A stretch of DNA of 64,000 bases from Candidatus Gottesmanbacteria bacterium (lineage in GTDB: Bacteria; Patescibacteriota; Microgenomatia; UBA10105; UBA927), in contig JAHFKK010000001.1 in assembly GCA_023245335.1 (NCBI GenBank), positions 683,282 to 747,281 of the forward strand, in the 5' to 3' direction. Position numbers and translations under genes: made by a program. The stretch's first letter is position 1, and each line of letters opens with the position of its first letter. Shown here piece after piece: positions 9,645-19,996 of the stretch. Under the pieces are notes generated by a model. That model was given only the letters and a program-made list of their open reading frames with translations, was not told the DNA's origin and searched no databases.

Positions 9645-11615
9645 ATGCCCGAAGAACTGAAAAAGATATCCGTTGATACATCGGTAACACCGAATACTAT
9701 GCCAATAAAAAAGTCATTTTCACCGAAAATAGTATTGATACCGCTTGGAATTGTCCTTCTTCTCCTTGTGATTATCGGGGTCATGCTTTTGCCGCTTCGT
9801 GGAGTCATCGCAAAGGCACGGGATGTCGCGGCAATCGGTCGGCAAACGGCGACGGCGCTTAAGAGTCAGGATTTGGCTGGAACAAAAGACGGATTAGGGA
9901 AAACGCGCGTCGCATTTGTGGCCCTTTCTGATGAATACAACAAAATTATGCCGCTCCAATATATGCCTATATTGGGCGCGTACGTGAGCGACGGTTCGCA
10001 TGCTATAAAAGCAGGATTTGCCGCTTTAGATGCCGCGGATAAGGGGGTAGAAGCGGTCGAGCCGAATGCTGACCTCCTCGGATTCAAAAAGGGCGGGAGT
10101 TTTGTTTTGGGAACGGCTGACCAGCGTATACAAACCGCCGTAAAAACCATGACGGCCCTCACTCCGAAAATTAACGATATTTCTAAATCAATCGCCATCA
10201 TGCGTGATGAGTTAGATGAGATAGACCCCAATCGGTACCCGGATCATATAGGAAGCACGTCAATCCGTCCCCGCATCGCTTCCCTGAAAGCAACCATTGA
10301 GGATGCGGCAAATCTTTTTGTGAACGCACAGCCTCTTCTTACTAATTTACCGGGTATATTAGGTCAACCGGTCAGCAAGCGATACCTCGTGCTTTTCCAA
10401 AATGACAAGGAACTCCGTTCGACGGGCGGATTTATCACCGCATATGCGCAGTTCCGGTTTGATCAGGGGAAAATAGTGTTGGAAAAGTCGGATGACATCT
10501 ATTCACTCGATAATGCGATGACGAAAAAATTCCCGGCACCGAGGGAGATTCTTACGTTCCATAAGGATGTGTTTAATCTCAATCTCCGGGATAGCAACTT
10601 GAGCCCGGACTTCAAGACCTCGATGCAGAATTTCGAAAGCTTATATAAATATGTTCCCGGCACGGAAAAGATAGACGGCATCATATCGCTCGATACCAAT
10701 GTATTAGTGGAGACATTGAAGATATTAGGGCCGGAAACCATTGGCGGCAGGGTGTATTCCGCAGATACGGATAAACGCTGTGATTGTCCCAAAGCAATCT
10801 ACGAGCTCGAAGACTATTCAAGCCGACCGGTAAACTACGTACGTACCGACAGAAAAAGCGAAATCGGCGTCCTCATGCAGAACCTTTTGCACAAAGCGCT
10901 TGGTGTTTCCCCCGGCCAGTATTGGGGCAGGCTTTTCCAGATGATGATTACGCAGATTCAGGAGAAGCATATGCTCGCGTACTTCCATGATCAGGCGACC
11001 CAGGGTGGTGTTGAGAGCTTTGATATGGGAGGGAGAATCCAGACGGCAAGCGAAACAGCATCACTTTTCAAATATAAAGAAGGCCAGGGATGGGATTACC
11101 TCCACGTGAATAACAGCAATATGGCCGGCGCGAAGTCCAATATGTTTGTGAGCCAGAAATACACCAAAGATACGACGGTAAATGGTGACGGCACGATTAC
11201 GACGGTACTTACAGTCGATTACAAGAATCCCTATCCGGGGAGCGACTGCAGCTTGGCAACAGGTGGCTTGTGCTTGAACGCACCGCTTCGGAACTGGGTA
11301 CGTGTATACGCGCCGGCAGGAAGTAAGCTCGTGAAGAGTCTTGGGACACAGAACCCATTAAATAGCGCCGCCTCTACGATGACGACGTATGATGATCTCG
11401 GCAAAACGGTGTTTGAAGGGTTTCTTATCATTAACCCTTTAGGGTCTGCAAAACTTCAGCTGACCTACACATCCCCTGTCAAATCTGCGGATGGGAAGTA
11501 TCACCTACTTTTGCAAAAACAACCCGGTACGCAGGGAGACCAGGTCATACTGAAGTTAAACGGGAGCGAGCAGAAGAATTTCATCCTCGATACGGACTCG
11601 GAGATCTCGTTATAA
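9645..11615 (+). CDS. Membrane-anchored DUF4012-like protein
   Basis: N-terminal TM; YLVLFQNDKELRSTGGFI, RDSNLSPDF and NWVRVYAP motifs. Confidence 0.7.
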   Translation: MPEELKKISVDTSVTPNTMPIKKSFSPKIVLIPLGIVLLLLVIIGVMLLPLRGVIAKARDVAAIGRQTATALKSQDLAGTKDGLGKTRVAFVALSDEYNKIMPLQYMPILGAYVSDGSHAIKAGFAALDAADKGVEAVEPNADLLGFKKGGSFVLGTADQRIQTAVKTMTALTPKINDISKSIAIMRDELDEIDPNRYPDHIGSTSIRPRIASLKATIEDAANLFVNAQPLLTNLPGILGQPVSKRYLVLFQNDKELRSTGGFITAYAQFRFDQGKIVLEKSDDIYSLDNAMTKKFPAPREILTFHKDVFNLNLRDSNLSPDFKTSMQNFESLYKYVPGTEKIDGIISLDTNVLVETLKILGPETIGGRVYSADTDKRCDCPKAIYELEDYSSRPVNYVRTDRKSEIGVLMQNLLHKALGVSPGQYWGRLFQMMITQIQEKHMLAYFHDQATQGGVESFDMGGRIQTASETASLFKYKEGQGWDYLHVNNSNMAGAKSNMFVSQKYTKDTTVNGDGTITTVLTVDYKNPYPGSDCSLATGGLCLNAPLRNWVRVYAPAGSKLVKSLGTQNPLNSAASTMTTYDDLGKTVFEGFLIINPLGSAKLQLTYTSPVKSADGKYHLLLQKQPGTQGDQVILKLNGSEQKNFILDTDSEISL

Positions 11616-11625
11616 ATTAATCCTC

Positions 11626-12189
11626 ATGTATCGGTCAAACGGGAAACTGTATAAAGCCCAGGGTATCATTTTATCCCGAAAAAATATCGGAGAAGCGGAT
11701 AGGGTGGTCACGGTATTTACCAAAGAATACGGGAAGCTTCGCCTGATCGCTAAAGGAATCCGGCGGGTCACCAGCAGGCGAGCGCCATATCTAGAGGTGT
11801 TTACCCAATGTACCCTCATGGTGCACAAAGGAAGTTCGATGGACAGCATCACGGAGGCACAGCCGATAGAGGCATTTGAACGGGTAAGGCTTGATCTTGC
11901 ACGCGTAAGTATCGCGTATCTGTATTGTGAGCTTATCTCCGTCTTACTGGCGGAGAAGCAGGAGCACGTGGATATCTATGATCTCTTGGTTCAGGCCTTA
12001 ACCGAATTAAATACGCATGATGCGGCGACGCGTCAGGCGGAAAGCCGGGAGTTTACGCTCGAACTTTTGTGGCGGTTGGGATTCCTGCCCCGGAGCAAAC
12101 GGTTAACCGGCGCCAAACTGCAGGACTTTGTCGAAAGTATCGCGGAACGGCACCTTCGGACGCCAAAGATGGTTAGGCAATTACTGTAA
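11626..12189 (+). CDS. recO: DNA repair protein RecO
   Basis: GIIL...NIGEADRVVTVFT..YGKL..IAKGIRR..SR. Confidence 0.85.
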   Translation: MYRSNGKLYKAQGIILSRKNIGEADRVVTVFTKEYGKLRLIAKGIRRVTSRRAPYLEVFTQCTLMVHKGSSMDSITEAQPIEAFERVRLDLARVSIAYLYCELISVLLAEKQEHVDIYDLLVQALTELNTHDAATRQAESREFTLELLWRLGFLPRSKRLTGAKLQDFVESIAERHLRTPKMVRQLL

Positions 12190-12226
12190 GCTAGAGCTTC
12201 ATGTGTATTTTTGTTACAATTGTCCC

Positions 12227-13522
12227 ATGACCTCATTAGACGAAATAGTTGCGTTGTGTAAACGACGCGGATTTATCTATCCCGGAAGCGATATTTACGG
12301 CGGGATTACCGGATTTTGGGATTACGGCCCAATGGGAGTAGAGCTTAAGCGAAACCTCAAGAATGAATGGTGGCGCACCATGGTGCAGTCGCGCCGAGAC
12401 GTCGTAGGCCTGGATGCCGCAATAATAATGAATCCAGATGTTTGGACCGCGTCCGGTCATACAAAAGCATTTGCCGATCCATTAGTAGAGTGTAAGATTT
12501 GTAATCAGCGTTTTCGTTCAGATAAACCTCAAGAATTGCGTGCCCATGAAGAAACTCATGCAAACAAAGGTGAAAAGGTTTCGTGGACGGAACCAAAACA
12601 ATTTAACTTACTGACAGAAGTATTGCTTGGGGTCACAGAGCCAAAACTAACGGCATACCTTCGCGGAGAAATCACTCAGGGTGTATTTGTTAACTTTGCT
12701 AACGTGGTTGCCTCGTCGCGCGTGAAGTTGCCCTTTGGAATAGCCCAAATCGGAAAGGCATTCAGGAATGAAATCACTCCAGGTAACTTTACGTTCCGTA
12801 GCCGTGAATTCGAGCAGATGGAGCTGGAGTTCTTTGTAAAGCCCAGTGATGCGGAAGCAGACAAATGGTTTGACTATTGGATGGAAGAACGGAAGAAATG
12901 GTACGTCAGCTTGGGAATTAAAGCGGAGAATCTTAAGTTCCGTAAACATGAAGATAATGAGCGTGCGCATTACGCAAGGAAAGCATTCGATATAGAGTAC
13001 AACTCGCCGTTTGGGTGGAGTGAATTTGAAGGTATTCACCACCGCGGAGATTGGGATTTGAGCCGTCACAAGCTCACGTACAAAGATCCTCAGACGAATG
13101 AGGAATTTACACCGTGGGTCATAGAAACATCAGGTGGGGTCGACCGGGCAACCTTATTCTTCCTACTCGAAGCATATCGAAAAGAAGAGAAACGCATTGT
13201 GCTTGGTTTACACCCGAAATTGGCGCCGATGAAGGTGGCAGTGTTCCCGCTGGTTGCCAATAAACCGGAACTTGTGGACAAGGCGAAGACTATATACGAG
13301 GAGCTCACGAAGTATTTCATGGTTGCCTGGGACGAGCGCGGCAATATCGGTAAGCGGTATCTTGCCCAGGATGAGATCGGTACCCCGTGGTGCGTGACCG
13401 TCGATTATGCTACGCTTGAAGATGACTCTGTGACGGTGCGTGACCGGGATACCACAAAACAGGAACGGGTCAAAGTGACCGAACTTTCAGGCTATTTTCA
13501 GAAATTATTAGGTATACTCTGA
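12227..13522 (+). CDS. glyQS: Glycine-tRNA ligase, homodimeric type
   Basis: CKRRGFI, DYGPMG, AQIGKAFRNEITP..F.FRSREFEQME, IGKRY..QDEIGTP. Confidence 0.95.
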   Translation: MTSLDEIVALCKRRGFIYPGSDIYGGITGFWDYGPMGVELKRNLKNEWWRTMVQSRRDVVGLDAAIIMNPDVWTASGHTKAFADPLVECKICNQRFRSDKPQELRAHEETHANKGEKVSWTEPKQFNLLTEVLLGVTEPKLTAYLRGEITQGVFVNFANVVASSRVKLPFGIAQIGKAFRNEITPGNFTFRSREFEQMELEFFVKPSDAEADKWFDYWMEERKKWYVSLGIKAENLKFRKHEDNERAHYARKAFDIEYNSPFGWSEFEGIHHRGDWDLSRHKLTYKDPQTNEEFTPWVIETSGGVDRATLFFLLEAYRKEEKRIVLGLHPKLAPMKVAVFPLVANKPELVDKAKTIYEELTKYFMVAWDERGNIGKRYLAQDEIGTPWCVTVDYATLEDDSVTVRDRDTTKQERVKVTELSGYFQKLLGIL

Positions 13523-13533
13523 AGGAGGAATGT

Positions 13534-14001
13534 ATGAAAAATAAGATGGTGTATTTATATATCGGGCTTGCAATAGTACTTTTTGCGACGGGATTTGTTG
13601 TCTATAAGGCAATATCAGGTCCGGGCCCGCAGCAAGCCACACAAAATGCAACTCCGACGCCTGCGGCGATGCCGACCGTTGACGCTTCGGTTGCGGTCAC
13701 GCTCACGAAATCCTCAAAGCCATACACGGTCGTTTTGAACGTGACCGGATTGAGTGGTAAGTATGCTTCAGTCGGCTACGAGTTCAGTTATGAGAGCAAA
13801 GGACTTATAAAGGGCGTCAATTCTGGGAGCACGCCGCTTGACGTTTCAGGTAAAAGCGAATTTAGCCGCGAAGTCTACATGGGGACCTGCTCGAGAAACG
13901 ACTGTACACCCGATGTCGGCGTGACCAAGGTATCAGTGGCGCTCGAATTTACCGATACGGCTGGCACTAAAAGCCAGTTTTCCAAGGATTTCGACCTTTG
14001 A
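13534..14001 (+). CDS. Membrane-anchored/exported hypothetical protein
   Basis: SD AAGGAGG upstream; N-terminal TM, PT linker, beta-rich domain with GTCSRNDC. Confidence 0.75.
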   Translation: MKNKMVYLYIGLAIVLFATGFVVYKAISGPGPQQATQNATPTPAAMPTVDASVAVTLTKSSKPYTVVLNVTGLSGKYASVGYEFSYESKGLIKGVNSGSTPLDVSGKSEFSREVYMGTCSRNDCTPDVGVTKVSVALEFTDTAGTKSQFSKDFDL

Positions 14002-14004
14002 CGT

Positions 14005-14616
14005 TCATTCAGCGGATTTATTGAGTACATGCGCTTCGCCGCCTGTACGGGGCGAATACCGCACGACGCTTACAGACGCGTTAGCGAATCCGTATTTGTT
14101 TATCTCCTCAAGCGGTAGATTCAGAAGGACAGCTATGAAGTTACGTATGAACGAGCCGTGGGAGACCACTACGATTGTTTGGCCGCTATAGTCGGCTACG
14201 AACCTCTTTATGACCTTTTGAGCTCGTTTAGTGACGTCTGCGAGGCTTTCTCCGTGAGGCGGGCGGAAGTTGGGGTATTGCCACATGGAGCCTAAGATTA
14301 TCTGCGGAAAGCGGGCGTTTGCTTCTTCATACTTGAGTCCTTCCAGTATGCCGAACGATCTCTCGTGGAGATCCGGTATTTCCTTGAGCTCAATGTGCGG
14401 GTGGTGCGTCTGGATAACTTGGGCTGTCTCGCGGGCACGGACAAGCGGGGAGGTGATGATGCGGTCAATTGGGTATGCCTTGAGGTACATCGCGACTATT
14501 TTTGCCTGGCGCAACCCTTCCTTATTTAGCGGTATGTCAGAGACCCCCATCATGCGGCCCTCCTGGTTCCAAAGGGTCTGACCATGACGTACGACGAGAA
14601 AGGTGATCTTGTCCAT
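14005..14616 (-). CDS. Histidine phosphatase (phosphoglycerate mutase family)
   Basis: RHGQT.WN, SPL.RA.ETA, ERSFG..EG, GES, VSHG. Confidence 0.9.
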   Translation of the reverse strand: MDKITFLVVRHGQTLWNQEGRMMGVSDIPLNKEGLRQAKIVAMYLKAYPIDRIITSPLVRARETAQVIQTHHPHIELKEIPDLHERSFGILEGLKYEEANARFPQIILGSMWQYPNFRPPHGESLADVTKRAQKVIKRFVADYSGQTIVVVSHGSFIRNFIAVLLNLPLEEINKYGFANASVSVVRYSPRTGGEAHVLNKSAE

Positions 14617-14676
14617 ATAGGCATTATACGCCCACACCTTCCCACAGAGCTGTGGGAGATCCCCGTGAAATGCCTC

Positions 14677-14730
14677 TTGACATTGCGTGAAAAATGGTAA
14701 ATTATGGTAGTTAGTGGGGAAATGTGGTAG
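14677..14730 (+). promoter_or_regulatory. mraZ/dcw promoter with phased MraZ-type boxes
   Basis: TTGACA at 14677-14682; TGG cores at 14695, 14705, 14715 and 14725 (exact 10-bp period). Confidence 0.75.
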
Positions 14731-14739
14731 AGTAAAGGC

Positions 14740-15144
14740 ATGAAGTTATTCCTTGGGGAATATGACCATGCATTGGATGAACGGGGCCGTGTAACGCTCC
14801 CCAGAAAGATAAGGCAAGAGATAGAAGAAACGGAAATAATACTTGCACGCGGGTACGAGGGATGCATATTCGGTTTTGACAAGAGGAGCTGGGAAGTAGA
14901 AGCGGCAAAGCACTTTGACACACCGGTAACCGATGAAAAAGGACGACAGGTCCGCCGTTACCTCTTTGGCTCAGCACAGAAAGTAGAGGTTGATAAGCTT
15001 GGCCGTATTTTACTGCCTGCCCAGCTCAAGGAGTATGCTTCCATTTCCCGGGAGGTAATTGTAGTCGGTGCCGGAGACCATTTTGAGATATGGAATAGGT
15101 CGCGATGGCAAGAGTATTCCGTGAGGTTGGGGGAAGCGGTATGA
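14740..15144 (+). CDS. mraZ: Transcriptional regulator MraZ
   Basis: LDERGRVTLP, DKLGRILLP, VVGAGDHFEIW. Confidence 0.95.
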   Translation: MKLFLGEYDHALDERGRVTLPRKIRQEIEETEIILARGYEGCIFGFDKRSWEVEAAKHFDTPVTDEKGRQVRRYLFGSAQKVEVDKLGRILLPAQLKEYASISREVIVVGAGDHFEIWNRSRWQEYSVRLGEAV

Positions 15145-16010
15145 GCGACAAACATATTTCAGTGATGCGGGAAGAGGTAGTGGAGGGATTGGATGTCCAA
15201 CGCGGAGCGAAATACATTGATGCGACGGTGGGAAGCGGCGGACACGCGGTCGAGATTGCAAAGCTTGGCGCAATTGTACTTGGTATAGATACAGACCCGA
15301 CTGCCGTAACACTCGCTCGACTTGAGCTAACGAAGACCGGAGTGAAAGATTGGAAGATCGTACAGGGAAATTTTCGCGATATAGAAGCGATAGCAAAAAG
15401 AGAAGGATTTGAGCGTGTACGCGGAATTTTGTTTGATTTAGGTGTATCGAGCATGCAGCTGGATACGCCGGACAGAGGCTTTAGTTACCGGTTTACCGAT
15501 GCTCCTTTAGATTTGAGGATGAATCAATCCGAAGGAGAACCGGCTGCCCAATTGGTAAACCGGATAAGTGAAGACGAATTGTATGACATATTTTCGACGT
15601 ATGGTGAGGAAGAGTTGGCTCGGGTTATTGCTCACGCTCTTTACCGCGCCCGTTCGGTGAAGAAGATTGAGACCGTAGGAGATGTTGTTGAAGTTATAGA
15701 GAACATTACCAAGGATAGAAATGAACGGTACGCAACACTGTCGCGTATTTTTCAAGCTCTTCGGATCGCGGTGAACGACGAATTGCAGAGTTTGCGGCAG
15801 GGACTCGCTGGCGCGAAACATCTGTTGATACCGGGAGGACGACTTGTTGTGATCAGTTTTCATTCACTGGAAGATCGCACGGTGAAACGTTTTATGCGGG
15901 AAGGGGAATGGGAAGTGATCACAAAACATCCGATGCTACCGACGATAGATGAGACAGGGACTAACCGTAGGGCTCGCAGCGCGAAAACGAGGATCGCCAT
16001 AAGAAAGTAA
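15141..16010 (+). CDS. rsmH: 16S rRNA m4C1402 methyltransferase
   Basis: IDATVGSGGH, DLGVSSMQLD...RGFS, FQALRIAVNDEL, ISFHSLEDR, RARSAK. Confidence 0.95.
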   Translation: MSDKHISVMREEVVEGLDVQRGAKYIDATVGSGGHAVEIAKLGAIVLGIDTDPTAVTLARLELTKTGVKDWKIVQGNFRDIEAIAKREGFERVRGILFDLGVSSMQLDTPDRGFSYRFTDAPLDLRMNQSEGEPAAQLVNRISEDELYDIFSTYGEEELARVIAHALYRARSVKKIETVGDVVEVIENITKDRNERYATLSRIFQALRIAVNDELQSLRQGLAGAKHLLIPGGRLVVISFHSLEDRTVKRFMREGEWEVITKHPMLPTIDETGTNRRARSAKTRIAIRK

Positions 16011-16014
16011 TACT

Positions 16015-16341
16015 ATGAATAAACTGTTTCGGATCATAAGCATTGTTCTTCCTTGTCTCGCCGTCACGCTTATAGTAGTCCAAGTCGTGGTGTCAAACGA
16101 ACTGGCAACGATGGGAAAATCTATGGGTAGGCTCGACCTTGCCGTCAATGACGCCAGGGATGTACACGCCGAACTTGAAACCGAAGTTGCTTCTGCATCT
16201 TCACTTATGACTCTTCATGACCGCGCATTGATTTTGGGATTTCGTGAACCTACACCCAGCCAAATTGTGGCATTATCACCCGAACTTCCTGTTGCTTTCG
16301 GAGTACGTGCTCAACCCAGCTCGCTTACACTCCTCCCGTAA
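16015..16341 (+). CDS. FtsL-like cell division protein
   Basis: Single TM plus coiled coil and ALILGF motif, located between rsmH and the PBP. Confidence 0.6.
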   Translation: MNKLFRIISIVLPCLAVTLIVVQVVVSNELATMGKSMGRLDLAVNDARDVHAELETEVASASSLMTLHDRALILGFREPTPSQIVALSPELPVAFGVRAQPSSLTLLP

Positions 16342-16361
16342 TTCCATGGTAGGATATCGAT

Positions 16362-18044
16362 ATGGCTTCGTACTGGCGTGCATCGTTTCTTTTCACGGTA
16401 TTTGTCGTAGCGTTCGCGCTTTTGGTCATGAGGCTTTTCTATTGGCAAGTGATATCAGCCGACCGATTACAGAAACAAGCTGCTTCCCAGCACTTCATCG
16501 AACTGAATGTGCCAGCGATCCGCGGAGGAATTGCAGATAAGGACGGCAACCCCATCGTCATAAACCAGCCGGCATTCTTGTCATACGCAGAGTCGCGTTT
16601 GATTAAAGATGTGCATGCATTCAGTGAAAAGGTTGCGTCGGTGCTGTCTCTGGATCCCAAAGAGTTGGCGTCTCAGTTATCTGACCCGAACCGTGTGTGG
16701 GTGCCGCTTTCGCATAAGGTCGAAACGGCGAAGATGACGGAGTTAAAAAATCTGAATCTTCCAGGACTTGGGTTCGAAAAGGAACCCAAACGGTTTTATC
16801 CTGAAGCATCTACGGCCGCACAGCTTCTGGGTTTCGTCGGTTCCGACGTAAACGGTGTGGATAAAGGATACTTCGGCATCGAAGGGTATTACGACCGTCA
16901 GCTTCGCGGGACCGATGGCATGATTCGTCTCGAGAAAGATGCACAGGGAGTGCCGCTTCTTATAGGTGAAGAGGAGCGTCTACCGCCACAGGACGGAAGA
17001 TCATTGAATCTATGGCTCGATAAAGCGGTTCAGCAGATCGTGGAACGGCGCCTGTCAGAGGGCATCGAAAAATATGGCGCCAAACAGGGGTCCGTCGTCA
17101 TCCTGGATCCTGCTACCGGGGGAGTTATCGCTATGGCGTCTTTACCAAGCTATGATCCACGTAATTTTTCGGAGTACGACAAATCCCTGTATTCTAATCC
17201 CATCGTCGCGAGCTCCTATGAGCCGGGCAGTACGTTCAAAACACTCATCATGGCTGCGGCTATCGACCGGCATTTAGTGACCCCGAATACGACGATGGAC
17301 GAGTCAGGTCCGGTTCAGGTCGGGCCTGATTATATACGAACGTGGAATAACCAATATCACGGCCAGATTACGCTAACACAGGTACTCGAGTACTCGTCTA
17401 ACGTCGGCATGGTTTTTGTGGCGCGGAAACTCGGTAAAGACAACCTTCTCTCCGCGATCAAGGGATACGGATTCGGCGTACCCACAAATATCGATCTTGA
17501 GGACGAGTCATCGCCGGAACTCCGCCCAGACAACCAGTGGAAGGAAATAGATGAGGATACAGCCTCATTCGGTCAGGGAATTGCGGTGACGCCGATTCAA
17601 ATGGTTCGTGCCGTCGCTTCGCTTGCGAACGGCGGGCGTATGATGGAACCGCATGTCGTAAAAGAAATCATAGATGAAAACGATAAGGTGATACCTATAA
17701 AGCCCAAAATGGTGGCCCAGGTAGTTAGTCCGGAAACGGCCCGTATTGTGACGGAGATGATGGTGTCGGCCGTCGATAACGGCGAAGCGAAATTCGCTAA
17801 ACCCAAAGGCTACCGCATAGCCGGGAAGACTGGTACTGCCCAGATACCGGTTGCCGGCCATTATGATGCTACAAAGACAATTGCATCGTTTGTCGGGTTT
17901 GCTCCGGCGGATCACCCCAAATTCGTTATGCTGGTGACACTTCGGGAGCCGTCGTCGTCCCAATGGGGATCCGAGACCGCCGCTCCCCTATTCTTTAATA
18001 TCTCTCGCGACCTGTTTACGTATTGGGGCATACCCCCGCAATAA
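16362..18044 (+). CDS. ftsI: Class B penicillin-binding protein (FtsI-like)
   Basis: EPGSTFK (SxxK), SSN, KTGT. Confidence 0.9.
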   Translation: MASYWRASFLFTVFVVAFALLVMRLFYWQVISADRLQKQAASQHFIELNVPAIRGGIADKDGNPIVINQPAFLSYAESRLIKDVHAFSEKVASVLSLDPKELASQLSDPNRVWVPLSHKVETAKMTELKNLNLPGLGFEKEPKRFYPEASTAAQLLGFVGSDVNGVDKGYFGIEGYYDRQLRGTDGMIRLEKDAQGVPLLIGEEERLPPQDGRSLNLWLDKAVQQIVERRLSEGIEKYGAKQGSVVILDPATGGVIAMASLPSYDPRNFSEYDKSLYSNPIVASSYEPGSTFKTLIMAAAIDRHLVTPNTTMDESGPVQVGPDYIRTWNNQYHGQITLTQVLEYSSNVGMVFVARKLGKDNLLSAIKGYGFGVPTNIDLEDESSPELRPDNQWKEIDEDTASFGQGIAVTPIQMVRAVASLANGGRMMEPHVVKEIIDENDKVIPIKPKMVAQVVSPETARIVTEMMVSAVDNGEAKFAKPKGYRIAGKTGTAQIPVAGHYDATKTIASFVGFAPADHPKFVMLVTLREPSSSQWGSETAAPLFFNISRDLFTYWGIPPQ

Positions 18045-18086
18045 CAGTCTTTGGGAATTTATACCTCCCTGCGGTATAATAGAATC

Positions 18087-19268
18087 ATGCTTCGGAGCCT
18101 CAAAAGCCTCTATCATTTTATCGTGGCAATAGCGGCAAATGTCTGGTTTGGGTCTCCCGGCCGGAATTTGACTGTTATCGGTGTCACCGGAACGGATGGC
18201 AAAACCACGACAACCACGCTCATTTACGAAATATTGAAGGCTGCCGGACTGAAAACATCCATGATCACGTCCGTCCATGCTGTCATCGGGGGACGGGAGT
18301 ACGACACGGGATTTCATGTCACGACACCGTCAGCCTGGTGGGTACAGAAATATCTGCGGGAAGCGGCTGATCACGGTGACACACACGTCGTTTTGGAAGT
18401 CACGTCCCACGCGCTGTCTCAATCGCGTGTGTTTGGCATACATTTTGCGGCGGCTGTCATTACCAACGTGACGCATGAGCACCTAGACTGGCATGGAACA
18501 TTTGAAAATTATTTGAGAACCAAGTTGCAGTTGTTAAAATATGCGCGGGTTGCCGTCATTAACCGGGATACGGCAGATGTCTATAATGCAGCGTTGCCGT
18601 TTCTCGTACGCAAGCGGTATCTTACCTACGGCATACGCCGGGATAGCATGGTGAACCCGACGACCTACCCCTTCAAAACAGCCCTGCCCGGCGAATTTAA
18701 CCGGTATAATATTTTGGCAGCATTAGGTACAGCCGAGGCGCTTGGTATCGACCGTTCCGTCGCCGCAAAGGCGGTCGCGGATTTTTCCGGCGTCGTCGGA
18801 CGTATGGAAGTAGTTTTGGAGAAACCATATCGGGTGATTGTGGATTTCGCGCATACGCCGAACGCAATTGAGCAGGCGCTTCGGGCGGTGCGTGCCATGA
18901 CGAAAAAACGGGTGATTCATGTATTTGGGAGCGCAGGACTCCGGGATCACTCAAAGCGTCCTCTCATGGGTAAAGCATCCGCAGGCTATGCGGACGTTAT
19001 CATCCTGACAGAGGAGGATTACCGTACAGAAAACGTCAATACGATTATTGATGCGATTGCTTCCGGCATTCCGGAGGGAAAAGAAGTATATCGGCATGCG
19101 GATCGTCATGATGCGCTCGTATTTGCGCTTTCTATAGCAAAGCCCGATGACATCGTCATCGTGACCGGTAAGGGCCACGAAAAGAGTTTGTGCAGAGGCA
19201 CAAAAGAATACCCATGGAGTGATGAGACGGAGATACATACCATACGTAAAGCTCTTGCGAAGGACTAG
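18087..19268 (+). CDS. murE: MurE-type UDP-MurNAc-peptide ligase, short N-terminus
   Basis: GVTGTDGKTTT, EVTSH, TNVTHEHLD, GRME, DFAHTP, GKGHE. Confidence 0.85.
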   Translation: MLRSLKSLYHFIVAIAANVWFGSPGRNLTVIGVTGTDGKTTTTTLIYEILKAAGLKTSMITSVHAVIGGREYDTGFHVTTPSAWWVQKYLREAADHGDTHVVLEVTSHALSQSRVFGIHFAAAVITNVTHEHLDWHGTFENYLRTKLQLLKYARVAVINRDTADVYNAALPFLVRKRYLTYGIRRDSMVNPTTYPFKTALPGEFNRYNILAALGTAEALGIDRSVAAKAVADFSGVVGRMEVVLEKPYRVIVDFAHTPNAIEQALRAVRAMTKKRVIHVFGSAGLRDHSKRPLMGKASAGYADVIILTEEDYRTENVNTIIDAIASGIPEGKEVYRHADRHDALVFALSIAKPDDIVIVTGKGHEKSLCRGTKEYPWSDETEIHTIRKALAKD

Positions 19269-19270
19269 CT

Positions 19271-19990
19271 ATGCTTACATCTATACACGGAATATACCAG
19301 TCGTCGCTTCTCACAAATAGAAAAGGTATTTTCCACGGTTTTTCGACCCGTACCTATGGTGACGCACGCGTCCCTCAGAATGCATCAAAAATTCTTGAGG
19401 TGCTTGAAGTGCCCTCCATTACGCTTGCAAGCGCCCAGCAGGTGCACGGAGGCAAGGTGGCCCGTGTAGGACAATCACCTTTGCGGGTGACGCCCGGCGT
19501 TGACGCACTTGTCACCACGGCGAAAGGACTCGCTCTGGAGGTCCATGTTGCTGATTGTGTGCCGGTTATCATGGTCGATCCCATCGCTCATGTCGTTGCC
19601 GCGATTCATGCCGGCTGGAAAGGAACACGCGATGGCATCGTGGGTGCGGCAGTCAAGGAAATGGAAGCGTACGGCGCGCATGTGAAGCGTATTGTGGCAG
19701 TTATCGGTCCGCATATAGGTATGTGTTGTTATTCAGTTGACGAAGAGAGAGCAAAACTTTTTCAGGATATATTTCATAGAGATCCGAATATTTCATCGTA
19801 TTGGGGAGATTCGTGGCATATCGATCTCGGGTACGGCAACAGGAAGCAACTCGTGGATGCAGGCATATCCGCGGACCATATAGACAGCCGGGTCGTGTGC
19901 ACTTCCTGCCAGGTGGATTCATTTTTTTCATATCGGAAGGATACGAAAGAAACGTTCGGCGAAATTATCGGCGTCATCGGTATGAAATAA
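19271..19990 (+). CDS. pgeF: PgeF/YfiH peptidoglycan editing factor family protein
   Basis: QVHG, ADCVP, HAGWKG, GPHIG.CCY, FFSYR. Confidence 0.9.
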   Translation: MLTSIHGIYQSSLLTNRKGIFHGFSTRTYGDARVPQNASKILEVLEVPSITLASAQQVHGGKVARVGQSPLRVTPGVDALVTTAKGLALEVHVADCVPVIMVDPIAHVVAAIHAGWKGTRDGIVGAAVKEMEAYGAHVKRIVAVIGPHIGMCCYSVDEERAKLFQDIFHRDPNISSYWGDSWHIDLGYGNRKQLVDAGISADHIDSRVVCTSCQVDSFFSYRKDTKETFGEIIGVIGMK

Positions 19991-19996
19991 CTTAGT

